A DNA stretch of 35,251 nucleotides from Spirochaetaceae bacterium (GTDB lineage: Bacteria; Spirochaetota; Spirochaetia; DSM-27196; SLAA01): contig PUNW01000166.1 of the NCBI GenBank assembly GCA_003552665.1, forward strand, positions 1-35,251, given 5' to 3'. Position numbers and translations under genes: made by a program. Each line of letters opens with the position of its first letter. The first letter of the stretch is position 1. This document shows, one piece after another, positions 1 through 9,092 of this stretch. The notes beneath the pieces are model-generated. The model was not told the origin of the DNA. It saw only the letters and a list, made by a program, of their open reading frames with translations, and made no database searches.

Positions 1-564
1 CGTGAGCCGGACCTGGTGGTGCTCGATCTGATGTTACCGGAGATCGACGGCATCGAGGTGTGCCGCCGCCTGCGGCGTGAGAGTGACGCGCTGGTTGTGA
101 TGTTGACCGCGCGGACCACCGAGCAGGACAAGCTCGCCGGACTGGACGGGGGCGCCGATGATTACGTCGTCAAACCGTTCAGCCCTCGCGAGCTCGCGGC
201 GCGAGTGCGAGCTGTTCTCCGACGGTTGCCGTTGGAAATGACGCTTCGCGGACCGCCAGTGATGGATCACGGCCCGCTTTTGGTCGACTTGGAGCGGCAC
301 AAAGCTGAGCTCAACGGTGAAGAGCTGCGGCTTACACCGGTGGAGTTCCGGTTGCTCGCGTTGCTGATGCGAGAGCGAGGACGAGTTCTTACCCGGGCGC
401 AGCTGGTGGAGCGGGCCTTCGGTCATGATTACGAGGGGTTGGAGCGCACTATCGACGTTCATATTCTCAACCTGCGCCGGAAAGTGGAGCCGGACCCGTC
501 ACGCCCGACGCTGATCAAGACGGTCTATGGGGTGGGGTATACCTTTACGGAGGGCGCGGCATGA
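1..564 (+). CDS. OmpR/PhoB-family DNA-binding response regulator (5'-partial, begins before window)
   Basis: Frame open from base 1 (REPDLVVLDLMLP); receiver motifs DLMLP, MLTA, DDYVVKPF; winged-helix C-terminus RTIDVHILNLRRK...TVYGVGY; overlaps the downstream kinase start. Confidence 0.95.
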   Translation, partial: REPDLVVLDLMLPEIDGIEVCRRLRRESDALVVMLTARTTEQDKLAGLDGGADDYVVKPFSPRELAARVRAVLRRLPLEMTLRGPPVMDHGPLLVDLERHKAELNGEELRLTPVEFRLLALLMRERGRVLTRAQLVERAFGHDYEGLERTIDVHILNLRRKVEPDPSRPTLIKTVYGVGYTFTEGAA

Positions 565-1925
565 TGCACCGGTTGCAGGTTCGGCTGTTCGCGGCCTTTC
601 TGCTGGTGATCATCGTAGTGGTGATTACGATTCTCTTGCTCGTCCTTCCGGCGGCGGAGCAGGAAATCGAGACGTATGCGCAGCGTACCGGACGGCTGCA
701 ACTTGCGCGGATGCACCACTGGCTGCTCGGCTATCACTCTGCTCGCGGCAGCTGGAGCGGGGTGCAGCCTTTCGTCGAAGAGATGGGGGTTTTGTACGGT
801 CAATGGGTTGTGCTGGCCGCCGAAGACGGCACGGTCGTCGCCGACTCGCGGAACATGCTGTTCGGACAACCTTTCACTGAGGAGTGGACCGAAGTGGTCC
901 TGCGTGGGAGGGACAACGAGCGCATTCTGGGCGTATTGTACGTCAGCGCCGAGTCGGGGATTGATGAGGCGTTTGCGCGAAATCTTCGCGATTCGCTCGG
1001 ATACTTCCTGTTTTGGGGTGCGTTGACCGCGCTCGGAGCTGCGATTGTGCTGACGGTGCTACTGTCGCGGGCGATCTCGGCGCCGGTGCGCCAGCTGGCC
1101 GAATCGGCGATCAGGGCCGGCAAAGGTGACCTCTCGGTCAGGGTGCCGGGTTCGTTCCGCGGCGAAATCGGGGAGCTCGCACGGTCTTTTAACGGCATGA
1201 TCGCCGATCTGGGGCGTGCGGCCGAGCTGCGGCGCAATCTCGTCGCGGATACCGCGCATGAGCTGCGTACGCCGCTGTCGAATATTCGCGGTTACCTCGA
1301 GGCAATGAAAGACGAGGTGGTGGAGCCGCAGGACGCGCTCGCCTCGGTGGAGGAAGATGTGGGAATGCTGGCGCGCCTGGTTGACGATCTGCAGGAGCTC
1401 GCGCTTGCGGAATCCGGGGCGCTGGGGCTCCATCTTGAGCCTGAGAACCTGGTAACGGTGATACGGCGTTGTGTCGCAAACCTTCACGCGCGGGCCGCAG
1501 CCCGGGGGGTTGCGCTTCATCTGGAGCTTCAGGAAGAGCTCCCGCCGGTGATGATTGATTTCCAACGGATCACGCAGGTTGTTCACAATCTGCTGGTGAA
1601 CGCGTTGGTGCACACCGAGCGCGGCGATCGCATCGTTGTCGCCGCCCGCCGCATCGACGGGGTTGTTGAGATGCGCGTAACCGACACCGGAGAAGGAATC
1701 CCGGAAGCGGACCGCGTGAACGTGTTCGAGCGTTTCTACCGGGTGGACCGCTCACGAACACGCGCGACGGGAGGAACCGGGCTTGGTTTGACGATATCCA
1801 AACAGCTGGTGGAAGCGCATGGCGGGCGGATATGCGCGGAACCGAACGAGCCGCGCGGCAGCATCTTCGTCGTCGAGCTGCCGCTGGCCGGCTACGGTCC
1901 GAAAACGGACTCTATGATTTCCTGA
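561..1925 (+). CDS. Membrane sensor histidine kinase (2 TM, HAMP, HisKA, HATPase_c), BaeS-like
   Basis: H-box AHELRTPL, N-box NLLVNA, G1 DTGEG, F-box FERFYR, G2 GGTGLGL; coupled to the upstream regulator (ATGA overlap). Confidence 0.95.
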   Translation: MMHRLQVRLFAAFLLVIIVVVITILLLVLPAAEQEIETYAQRTGRLQLARMHHWLLGYHSARGSWSGVQPFVEEMGVLYGQWVVLAAEDGTVVADSRNMLFGQPFTEEWTEVVLRGRDNERILGVLYVSAESGIDEAFARNLRDSLGYFLFWGALTALGAAIVLTVLLSRAISAPVRQLAESAIRAGKGDLSVRVPGSFRGEIGELARSFNGMIADLGRAAELRRNLVADTAHELRTPLSNIRGYLEAMKDEVVEPQDALASVEEDVGMLARLVDDLQELALAESGALGLHLEPENLVTVIRRCVANLHARAAARGVALHLELQEELPPVMIDFQRITQVVHNLLVNALVHTERGDRIVVAARRIDGVVEMRVTDTGEGIPEADRVNVFERFYRVDRSRTRATGGTGLGLTISKQLVEAHGGRICAEPNEPRGSIFVVELPLAGYGPKTDSMIS

Positions 1926-2302
1926 AGGCGGCCACGTTCGATCGGCTTGGTCAAAAAGCCGTCCATACCGGCCTCGCGGCAACGCTCGTCCTCTCCGGCC
2001 GCCACCCCGGCGGTCAAAGCGACGATCGACGGCGCTTCCCCGCCGGCCGCTGCCAGTTCGATGATCTCTGCGGTCGCCTGATACCCATCGGTATGCGGCA
2101 TCTGCAGATCCATGAAGATCAACTGAGGGCGGTGGTCCCGAAATAGCTCCACTGCCGCCGCTCCGTCGGTGGCTTCGATGATCTGTGCCTGCGGCAGGAT
2201 GTTCGAAACCATCTTGCGCGCTACCAGAAGGTTGATGCGGTCATCCTCGGCAACCATGATCACCGGCTGCCGCTTTTCCGGTTGGTGTTGTTTTTCGTGC
2301 AT
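1892..2302 (-). CDS. Stand-alone receiver-domain (CheY-like) protein
   Basis: IMVAEDD, FMDLQMP, ALTA, FLTKP motifs; no output domain. Confidence 0.85.
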   Translation of the reverse strand: MHEKQHQPEKRQPVIMVAEDDRINLLVARKMVSNILPQAQIIEATDGAAAVELFRDHRPQLIFMDLQMPHTDGYQATAEIIELAAAGGEAPSIVALTAGVAAGEDERCREAGMDGFLTKPIERGRLQEIIESVFGP

Positions 2303-2416
2303 ACGTTGTTATGCGTGCCTATTTGCGACAAAAGTTGGGCCCGCCGTCGCGCGCTCGAGAAGGTGAGCACACGCACGAACGGCAGGCCCGGCAAATGTGG
2401 TTAGCGCTTTCGAGCG

Positions 2417-3712
2417 CTAATTGGCCCAGCTGGCCGCATCAACATCATTCTCGGTCTTCGCAACCGCGCACGTGACCGCCATGTCTCCGGTCACGTTCAA
2501 CCCGGTGCGCCCCATGTCGAGGATCGCGTCGATTCCGAGGATCATCGCATAAGCGAGCGCCTGCGGCGTCCCCTCGGTTACCGGCAGCCCGACTGCGTTC
2601 AGGACCATCAGGAGCATGATTGCGCCCGCGCCGGGAACGCCGGCGGTTCCGATCGAGGCCAACACCGCGGTTACCACTACCATCACCTGCTGCGCGATGG
2701 TAAGCGGCAGGCCGATCGCGTTGGCAATGAACAGTGCACAGACCGCCATGTAGATCGCGGTTCCATCCATGTTGATGGTGGCACCCAGCGGGAGGCTGAA
2801 CGAGTAAGTCGGCCGACCGACGCCCATTCCCTCGGAAACGTTACGCATCGTGACCGGGAGGGTACCGCCCGAGGAACGGCTGACAAATGCCGTCACCATC
2901 GCTTCGCGTCCGCGCTTGAGAAACTTCGGCAAGCTGAAGCCGAATCCCTTCAGGATACCTCCGTACACCAGCAAGAGGTGCAGGACGAGCGCGAGGTAGA
3001 CCGCCAGAGTGACGATGGCAAGCGGCCCGACCACCTCAGCACCCTGCCTTCCGAATACAACCGCGATCAACGCGAACACACCGATCGGCGCGTACTGCAG
3101 CACTCCACGCACGACCTTGAACATGATCTCCGCACCTCCGTCGAAGAAGCGGAAGATCAGGTCGGCGGCCGATTTCAGCCGTTCGTCATCGCTCGCCTGC
3201 AGATAGGACAGCCCGAGACCAAAGACCAGCGCGAAGAAGATGATCTGCAGGACTGCTCCTTCGGCCATTGCGGAGATCGGGTTGGTCGGTACGATTTCGA
3301 GCAGCGTGTTCACCAACGATGGCGCTTCTACGTCGCGAGCCGCTCCGTCTTCTATGACCGCGATGTCCACGCCGGAACCCACTCGGAAGACATTTCCGAT
3401 GATGAGCCCGATCACGATGGCTACTGCGGATGTCACGAGATAGAACAGTACCGTCTTCACCCCGATACGACCAAGGCGAGCCGGGCTGACGCTTGCAGCA
3501 CCTACGACCAAGGTGAAGAAGATCACCGGGACCACGATCATCTGCAGTAAGCGGACGAACAAGCGGCCGAGAGGTTCAATCACTTCAATCGCGGGTCCTA
3601 CAATAAGCCCGACCACCGCACCGGCGACCAAGCCAATCAGGATGCGCATAAGCAGGTTCGTTTTGAAGTACCAGTCGAGCATCCCACCCTTACCTGGAGA
3701 TTGTGAACTCAT
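2417..3712 (-). CDS. Dicarboxylate/amino acid:cation symporter (DAACS, GltP/GltPh-like)
   Basis: SRSSGGTLP, PLGATINMDGTA, ASIGTAGVPGAG and DMGRTGLNVTGD signature motifs; ATG at 3712 preceded by GGAGG. Confidence 0.95.
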   Translation of the reverse strand: MSSQSPGKGGMLDWYFKTNLLMRILIGLVAGAVVGLIVGPAIEVIEPLGRLFVRLLQMIVVPVIFFTLVVGAASVSPARLGRIGVKTVLFYLVTSAVAIVIGLIIGNVFRVGSGVDIAVIEDGAARDVEAPSLVNTLLEIVPTNPISAMAEGAVLQIIFFALVFGLGLSYLQASDDERLKSAADLIFRFFDGGAEIMFKVVRGVLQYAPIGVFALIAVVFGRQGAEVVGPLAIVTLAVYLALVLHLLLVYGGILKGFGFSLPKFLKRGREAMVTAFVSRSSGGTLPVTMRNVSEGMGVGRPTYSFSLPLGATINMDGTAIYMAVCALFIANAIGLPLTIAQQVMVVVTAVLASIGTAGVPGAGAIMLLMVLNAVGLPVTEGTPQALAYAMILGIDAILDMGRTGLNVTGDMAVTCAVAKTENDVDAASWAN

Positions 3713-3734
3713 ATCTCCCTCCAACAGGTTTATT

Positions 3735-3757
3735 TAGCTCAGACAACGTCTGAGCTA
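3735..3757. promoter_or_regulatory. Perfect inverted repeat upstream of the DAACS gene (operator or leader hairpin)
   Basis: TAGCTCAGAC-aac-GTCTGAGCTA, 10-bp arms, in the divergent intergenic region. Confidence 0.5.
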
Positions 3758-3903
3758 TTGTTTCAAAAAGCCGTGTGAATAATTGGCGAATAATGCAGTC
3801 TGCACCCGGTATGCTGCCACGTCAAGCAAATTTGTAACCGCATATGCGTTAAGCTATCGCATCGGTTTTAGACGGTGTATACTGAGCTTATCAGGAGGCT
3901 GCT

Positions 3904-4725
3904 ATGGGTGTGATTACGTTGTCCCGGGAGCTCGGGAGCCACGGCGACCGAATCGCCGAGCAGTTGGCCGAGAGGCTTGGGTACCGCTTCGTTAACAAGG
4001 CGGAGATAGAACGCGTGCTGCGCGAGGATGGGGTTCCCGAGAGCAGTATCGAGAAGTTCGACGAAAAGCACCCCGGTTTCTGGCAACGCTTCTCTCGCGA
4101 CCGCGACCATTACCTGCATTTGCTCAGCTACACAATCTCACGCTACGCCTACGAGGGAAACTGCGTGATTCTCGGTCGCGGCAGTCAGGTGCTGCTTTCG
4201 CATCTTCCGTGCGTATTGAATCTCCGGATTACGGCGCCGCTCGAGGTGCGGGTCGACAATGTGGCTCGGGAGTTCGGCTACACACACCAGGAAGCGGAGC
4301 ACATGGTGCACCACAGCGACCGCGATCGCGCCGGGTTCCACCGCTTTTTCTTCAACGTGAGCTGGACGAACGCCGAGCTCTACGATCTGGTTCTGAATAC
4401 CGAGTATCTCGACGTTGAAGCGGTCGTCGATGTGGTAAGTCATGCGCTCGCGGCTCTTCAGCGCCCCGATTATGTGAGTGAAACCGACGAGAAGCTGGGA
4501 AATCTGTTCCTGGAGATGCGGGTAATTACCCAGATCGTGTATCAGGAAGGGGTGCCGGTACAGAATCTCACCGTCACCGCTGAACAGGGGAAAGTGCACC
4601 TGCGCGGCATGGTGAGCGCCGAGGAGGACGTCCGCCTGGTCGAGGAGTCGGCTCGCCGGGTGGAGGGAGTGAAGGCGGTGAGCTCTGCGGTCTATTACGT
4701 GCCGCCGAACACCAGTATCAGGTGA
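3904..4725 (+). CDS. Cytidylate kinase-like family protein with C-terminal BON domain
   Basis: N-terminal ITLSRELGSHG, VILGRG, SDRDRA..YDLVLNT; C-terminal LTVTAEQGKVHLRGMV...VEGVKAVSS is BON-like; AGGAGG RBS. Confidence 0.85.
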   Translation: MGVITLSRELGSHGDRIAEQLAERLGYRFVNKAEIERVLREDGVPESSIEKFDEKHPGFWQRFSRDRDHYLHLLSYTISRYAYEGNCVILGRGSQVLLSHLPCVLNLRITAPLEVRVDNVAREFGYTHQEAEHMVHHSDRDRAGFHRFFFNVSWTNAELYDLVLNTEYLDVEAVVDVVSHALAALQRPDYVSETDEKLGNLFLEMRVITQIVYQEGVPVQNLTVTAEQGKVHLRGMVSAEEDVRLVEESARRVEGVKAVSSAVYYVPPNTSIR

Positions 4726-4784
4726 GCGGGCGCCCTGTCGGGCGCACCACAAGCGGGACCGACAGAGGACCGCGAAAATACGAC

Positions 4785-4810
4785 AAAAAGGCCGCGCAGA
4801 GCGCGGCCTT
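4785..4810 (-). terminator. Rho-independent terminator (possibly bidirectional)
   Basis: AAGGCCGCGC-aga-GCGCGGCCTT hairpin with an A-run on the left (U-tract on the minus strand), between convergent genes. Confidence 0.8.
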
Positions 4811-4854
4811 CGTTCGCTTAGGTTAGCTAGCGGTAGCTTAGCGTGAGCTCGGGC

Positions 4855-5724
4855 TTACGGAATCCAGGACTCCACCCGTTCGCGGTTCTCCGCTACCCAG
4901 CGCTCGGCGGTTTCGATCGGCTCGGCCCCGTCCTCTTCGTTCCACAGCAGAATCTCGCCGAGCTCGTCGAGGGACCAGTAGAAATTGTCGAGGAACTGGT
5001 GTACTTCGGGCATCTCTTCAGCCAGTCCTTCACGCGCGACTGCGCTGACGTGTTCCTCGCCTCCGAAGGATTCCTCGGGGTCTTCGAGGTACTTCAGGTC
5101 AAAAGCGGCTTCTTTCCAGTGCGGAGTCCACCCCGTGAGCACGATCCAGTCGCCGTTCTCATAGGCATTGCTGAGTGCGGCGGTCATGCTGGCATCGCTT
5201 CCTTCCACCAGGGTCAACTCGAGTCCGTAGTCATCGATCGCCCGTTCAGCCGCGGCCATGATGCCGGCGCCCGGGTCAATACCGATGATCTCGCCGCCGA
5301 ACTCATCCTGATAGTCGTTGAGATCGGCGATGCTGTCGACTTCCTCCACATAGGCGGGAACCATAAGCCCGATGCGAGCGCCTTCGATGGTGGGGCTGAG
5401 TAGATCAACCCGATCCTCGGTTTGCTCGAGGTAGGCCCCGTGCGTCCCCGGCAGCCAGGCGGCAAGCATGCCATCCGCATCTCCGGCGGCAATCCCTTCC
5501 CACATCGCTGCTGCGCTGACCGAGATCACGTTGACCTCGTAGCCCATCTCCTCGAGTACGATCTGAGCGACGTACGTAGTCGCGATCGCATCAGCCCATT
5601 CCACGTAGAGAAGGTCAACTTCGCCCGCAGGTTCGGCTTCTTCGGCCCCGGCCGAAAACACCACCGCCAGCGGGACGGCGACGAGTAAAATCGCAACTGC
5701 TGCCGCAAGAATCGTTTTCTTCAT
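4855..5724 (-). CDS. Glycine betaine/proline ABC transporter substrate-binding protein (OpuAC/ProX-like)
   Basis: Signal peptide MKKTILAAAV...; AWLPGTH, IIGIDPGAGIM, TGWTPHW, LKYLEDP motifs; start reassigned to ATG 5724 after GGAGGA. Confidence 0.92.
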   Translation of the reverse strand: MKKTILAAAVAILLVAVPLAVVFSAGAEEAEPAGEVDLLYVEWADAIATTYVAQIVLEEMGYEVNVISVSAAAMWEGIAAGDADGMLAAWLPGTHGAYLEQTEDRVDLLSPTIEGARIGLMVPAYVEEVDSIADLNDYQDEFGGEIIGIDPGAGIMAAAERAIDDYGLELTLVEGSDASMTAALSNAYENGDWIVLTGWTPHWKEAAFDLKYLEDPEESFGGEEHVSAVAREGLAEEMPEVHQFLDNFYWSLDELGEILLWNEEDGAEPIETAERWVAENRERVESWIP

Positions 5725-5878
5725 GTACATTCCTCCTTGAACTACGCACGTCATGCGCGAAACGCTCGAGTGCCCATCATCGCTGACGCGCGGGTTGGAA
5801 GGAAATATACAATACTTATAGCTGCAATGCAAGACTTCTGAACAAAAATATTCGCAAAACCAATAGTACGCACTGAAA

Positions 5879-7219
5879 CTATTGGGGCTGTACCGCTCGC
5901 AGCAGCCATCCCGGCGCCGGATGGAGTCGGGGTCGTCGTACGCGGTCAATCTGAATATGCCCGGCCGACTGATTCACCAATCTCTCCACGGGCTTACCCT
6001 CGAGCGTCAGTAGGCGAAACTCGCCGGGCTGCACCGAGGTAGCCATCTCGTGCGGCCCGAGGAGCTCAAATCCACGGTCGCTGTGTATGGTGTTCTTAAC
6101 GTCGACATAGAGCGGCGTGCTCCAGCGAGCGGTTTCGGCACCGCGGGCACCAGGGCGCTCCGCCTGATCCGCTTCGTGAGCGGCTTGCAGAGGCGCGCAC
6201 CGCGCTGCCGGTTGCTCCGTCCGGCACTCGGGCTGCGCCGGGGCTTCGATACTGCCGAGGAACAGGTGCGTCTGCCGGTAACTGCCGAGGGCCGGCTGGT
6301 CGAACGCCTCACGCCCAAAATAGAAACCGGTTGAGTATTCACGATGACTGACCGCGAAGAGATCGTCCCGGAACGGGTTCCGGTCTGCAGGATGGTCGAG
6401 CGCATAGCGATAGGCGCGTGTTACGACCGCGACGTAGTAGAGGCTCTTGATGCGTCCTTCGATCTTCAGGCTATCGACTCCGGCGGAACGCAAGTCTGCC
6501 AGATGGTCGATCATGCAGATATCCTTGCTCGACATCAGCGTGGTGAAGCCGCCGCCGGCGGTTTCACCGGTTTCGACCGGGAGGTACTCGCCCGGACGTT
6601 GCTCTTCTTCCAGCGCGAGCCGATAGCTCCAGCGGCAACTGTGGGCACAATCGCCTTGATTGGCCGAACGGTCGGCCGCCCATTTCGAGAGGAAGCAGCG
6701 TCCGGAGTAAGCGATGCAGACCGCCCCGTGTACGAATACCTCGAGCTCCAGCTCCGGGACGCGGTCCTTGATCGCCGCGATCTCTGAAAGCGAGAGCTCC
6801 CGGCCCGGCACGATCCTGCTGAAGCCCATGCGGTAGTACATCCGTGCCGCTTCCGGGTTCGTGCAGTTCGCCTGGGTGCTCAAGTGCAGCGGCAGATCGG
6901 GAAAGCGCCGCTGCAGGAGCGAGACCACACCGATATCGCTGACGATAAATGCGTCGAACGGATACTCGGCGATGCGTTCGAGGGACGCCTCGAGCGCGCC
7001 GAGGTCGGCGTTGTGAAAGTAGATGTTGAGCGCGCAGTAGAGCTTGCGGTCGCCCTTCAACGCCCGAATCTGTGCCGGGCTTTCAGCGCGCTCGTCATCG
7101 ATGTTCTCGGCGTTGGCTCGTAGACTGAAGCCGGGTAACCCCATATAGGCCGCATCGGCCCCGTACCGATAGGCATAGCCCAGCTTGCGGGAACTCCCGG
7201 CCGGTGCAAGTAATTCCAT
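5879..7219 (-). CDS. Peptidase U32-family protein (TrhP/YegQ-like, Fe-S-dependent tRNA hydroxylation family)
   Basis: MELLAPAG start, YGADAAY, HLSTQAN, FVHGAVCIAYSGRC...CAHSCRW cysteine cluster, SLKIEGR. Confidence 0.9.
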   Translation of the reverse strand: MELLAPAGSSRKLGYAYRYGADAAYMGLPGFSLRANAENIDDERAESPAQIRALKGDRKLYCALNIYFHNADLGALEASLERIAEYPFDAFIVSDIGVVSLLQRRFPDLPLHLSTQANCTNPEAARMYYRMGFSRIVPGRELSLSEIAAIKDRVPELELEVFVHGAVCIAYSGRCFLSKWAADRSANQGDCAHSCRWSYRLALEEEQRPGEYLPVETGETAGGGFTTLMSSKDICMIDHLADLRSAGVDSLKIEGRIKSLYYVAVVTRAYRYALDHPADRNPFRDDLFAVSHREYSTGFYFGREAFDQPALGSYRQTHLFLGSIEAPAQPECRTEQPAARCAPLQAAHEADQAERPGARGAETARWSTPLYVDVKNTIHSDRGFELLGPHEMATSVQPGEFRLLTLEGKPVERLVNQSAGHIQIDRVRRPRLHPAPGWLLRAVQPQ

Positions 7220-7274
7220 CACGCAGCAGAGTACCCGATCGATGCCGATCAGTCGAGCCGTACGAGCACGGCGC

Positions 7275-7694
7275 CTACGGGTTGAGAACGACCTCGTAAC
7301 TGAGGTCGGCAATCTGTCTGAGCATCGCCGACACGCCGCAGTATTTCTCCTGTGAGAGCTTCACCGCCTTTTCGATCTTGGCGCGATCGAGCGCGTCGCC
7401 GGTGAAGAGGTAGCGAACGCGGATCGCGGTATACACCCTGGGGTGCTCCTTCGAAAGATCCCCCTCTACCTCCACCTTGAAGCTCGCATACGGCATCTGC
7501 ATCTTGGCCAGGATCGAAGCCACGTCCATCCCGGTACATCCGGCTAGCGAGGTTAACATCAAAGCTTTTGGGGTGGGGCCGTAGTCTTGCCCGCCGACCG
7601 ACGAATCGGCGTCCAGTCGAAGGTTGTGGTTCTGAAGCTGCGCGTCGAACGCGAGCCCTTCACGGTGCGTAATCTCTGTGTGGTGGGTAGCCAT
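7275..7694 (-). CDS. OsmC/YhfA-family protein
   Basis: GPTPKALML..LAGCTGMDV and SQEKYCGVS two-cysteine pattern. Confidence 0.9.
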   Translation of the reverse strand: MATHHTEITHREGLAFDAQLQNHNLRLDADSSVGGQDYGPTPKALMLTSLAGCTGMDVASILAKMQMPYASFKVEVEGDLSKEHPRVYTAIRVRYLFTGDALDRAKIEKAVKLSQEKYCGVSAMLRQIADLSYEVVLNP

Positions 7695-7701
7695 GCTCAA
7701 T

Positions 7702-7932
7702 TTACCTCTTCAGCGCGCGCTCGAGATCGGCCTTGCTGAAACCAACCAGGATCTTGCCGTTGACATCGATCACCGGCACGCCCATCTGGCGCGATTTTTT
7801 GTACATTTCATCCGCTCGGCGTTCATCGCGCGCAACATTGTATTCGGTGAAGCGTATGCCCCGCTCCCTCAAGTATTGCTTGGCCGTCGTACAGTGCGAG
7901 CACGTCGGAGTAGTGTAGATTTTGACTGCCAT
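7702..7932 (-). CDS. Glutaredoxin/NrdH-like redoxin
   Basis: IYTTPTCSHC CxxC motif, GVPVI, GF; GGAGG RBS. Confidence 0.92.
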   Translation of the reverse strand: MAVKIYTTPTCSHCTTAKQYLRERGIRFTEYNVARDERRADEMYKKSRQMGVPVIDVNGKILVGFSKADLERALKR

Positions 7933-7992
7933 ACCGAACCTCCCGGATAAAGCGTTATTACATATTGAAATTACTATATAAGGCGCGTTCGG

Positions 7993-8655
7993 TCAAGCGG
8001 TGGCTGCGTTTTTCACCAGCCCTTCGAGCGGCGCGAGCACCCGCCGCACAGCGAGCGTGCCCAAGACCGCGCGTACGGCCATCACCGCGAATATGATTCC
8101 GGCCGCGGTGCGAGTTGCGGCGACAATTCGGACGAGAAAGGGGTGTTCCGGCACGGCTACAACGATCAACCAGTCGAGATTGAGGTTGCGGTACGGCAGC
8201 ACCCCGACCAGTAAGCCCCTGGTTCGGCGGGGTGGCGGGCTGGTGCCGGGTGTAGCGCGCTGTTGCTCGGCGCGCACTGTGCTCCAGGTGTCGGCAATCA
8301 CCTCGTGGCCGCTCTCAGCCGGCCGGACGCGCAGAAGCGCCCCGGAATCGTCGCGGCGAAAATTATCTGTCAGCTCGGAGTTTGCGACCAGAATCCCGGT
8401 GGTGCGTTCCACGATATACAGCGCGCCGCCTCCGCCGAGATCGATGCTGCGCAGAAACCGGCTGAGCTGCGCGAGCAGGAGATCGGTGCCGAGCACCCCG
8501 ACCAGCCGGTCGCCTTGATCGTATACCGGAAGCGAGGCCGTCACCACAAGCTCCCCGGTCTGAAAGCCGGTGAAAATCGGGCTGAAGCTGATGCCCTGCC
8601 GCTCGGTTGCAGCGGTGTACCACGGGCGCAGGCGTGGGTCGAACTCGGTCACCGC
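7993..8655 (-). pseudogene. Internal fragment of a dCache sensor protein (no N-terminal TM; stops at the start of a HAMP)
   Basis: FDPRLRPWY, ASLPVYD..LVGVLGTDL, WLIVVAVPE plus one TM helix, then a stop after LAPLEGLVKNAATA; the first ~23 aa of the predicted ORF are antisense of the TetR relic. Confidence 0.75.
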
Positions 8656-8947
8656 ATCGATTTCTTCTATCAGATCATGTACTTCAAGCCGCGATCTCTG
8701 TACCATCTGATCGACTCGCACATCCACAAGTACCAGAAGCGGTTTCAGGAGCGCCTCGAGCGCATCCTCGCTGAAGGAAAGCCAGTCCGGCGTTCTTCGC
8801 GATACCGACCCACATCACGCCGCTCTGGCTTTCCGCTGTTTGCGGGACGGCGGGCTCCTGTTTCTGATCCTGGACACCGGCATGACCGAACGGGACATCA
8901 GCCGGGTCTGGAGCAGCTTCTGGCACGGCCTCGCCGGACCGGAATGA
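8656..8947 (+). pseudogene. C-terminal half of a TetR-family regulator, 5'-truncated, with a +1 frameshift near 8782
   Basis: Manual translation: DFFYQIMYF...LERILAEGK / QSGVLRDTDPHHAALAFRCLRDGGLLFLILD...SSFWHGLAGPE*, a pattern typical of TetR C-terminal domains; HTH absent. Confidence 0.6.
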
Positions 8948-9092
8948 ACTGCGCGGCTCCCGCCCGGCAGCGGTCAGTCTTGAGGATCCCTTGACAGATA
9001 TGATTCGTGGTTGGTAACGTTTGCATTTCTTGAACCGCCTACGTCACTCATCTCATTGACACGCGTCATAAGAACCTACCGGAGACCACAGT

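Noticed and set aside
4815-4856. Run of TTAG/CTAG/GTAG words after the betaine-binding gene
   Set aside because: Too short and irregular to support an element.
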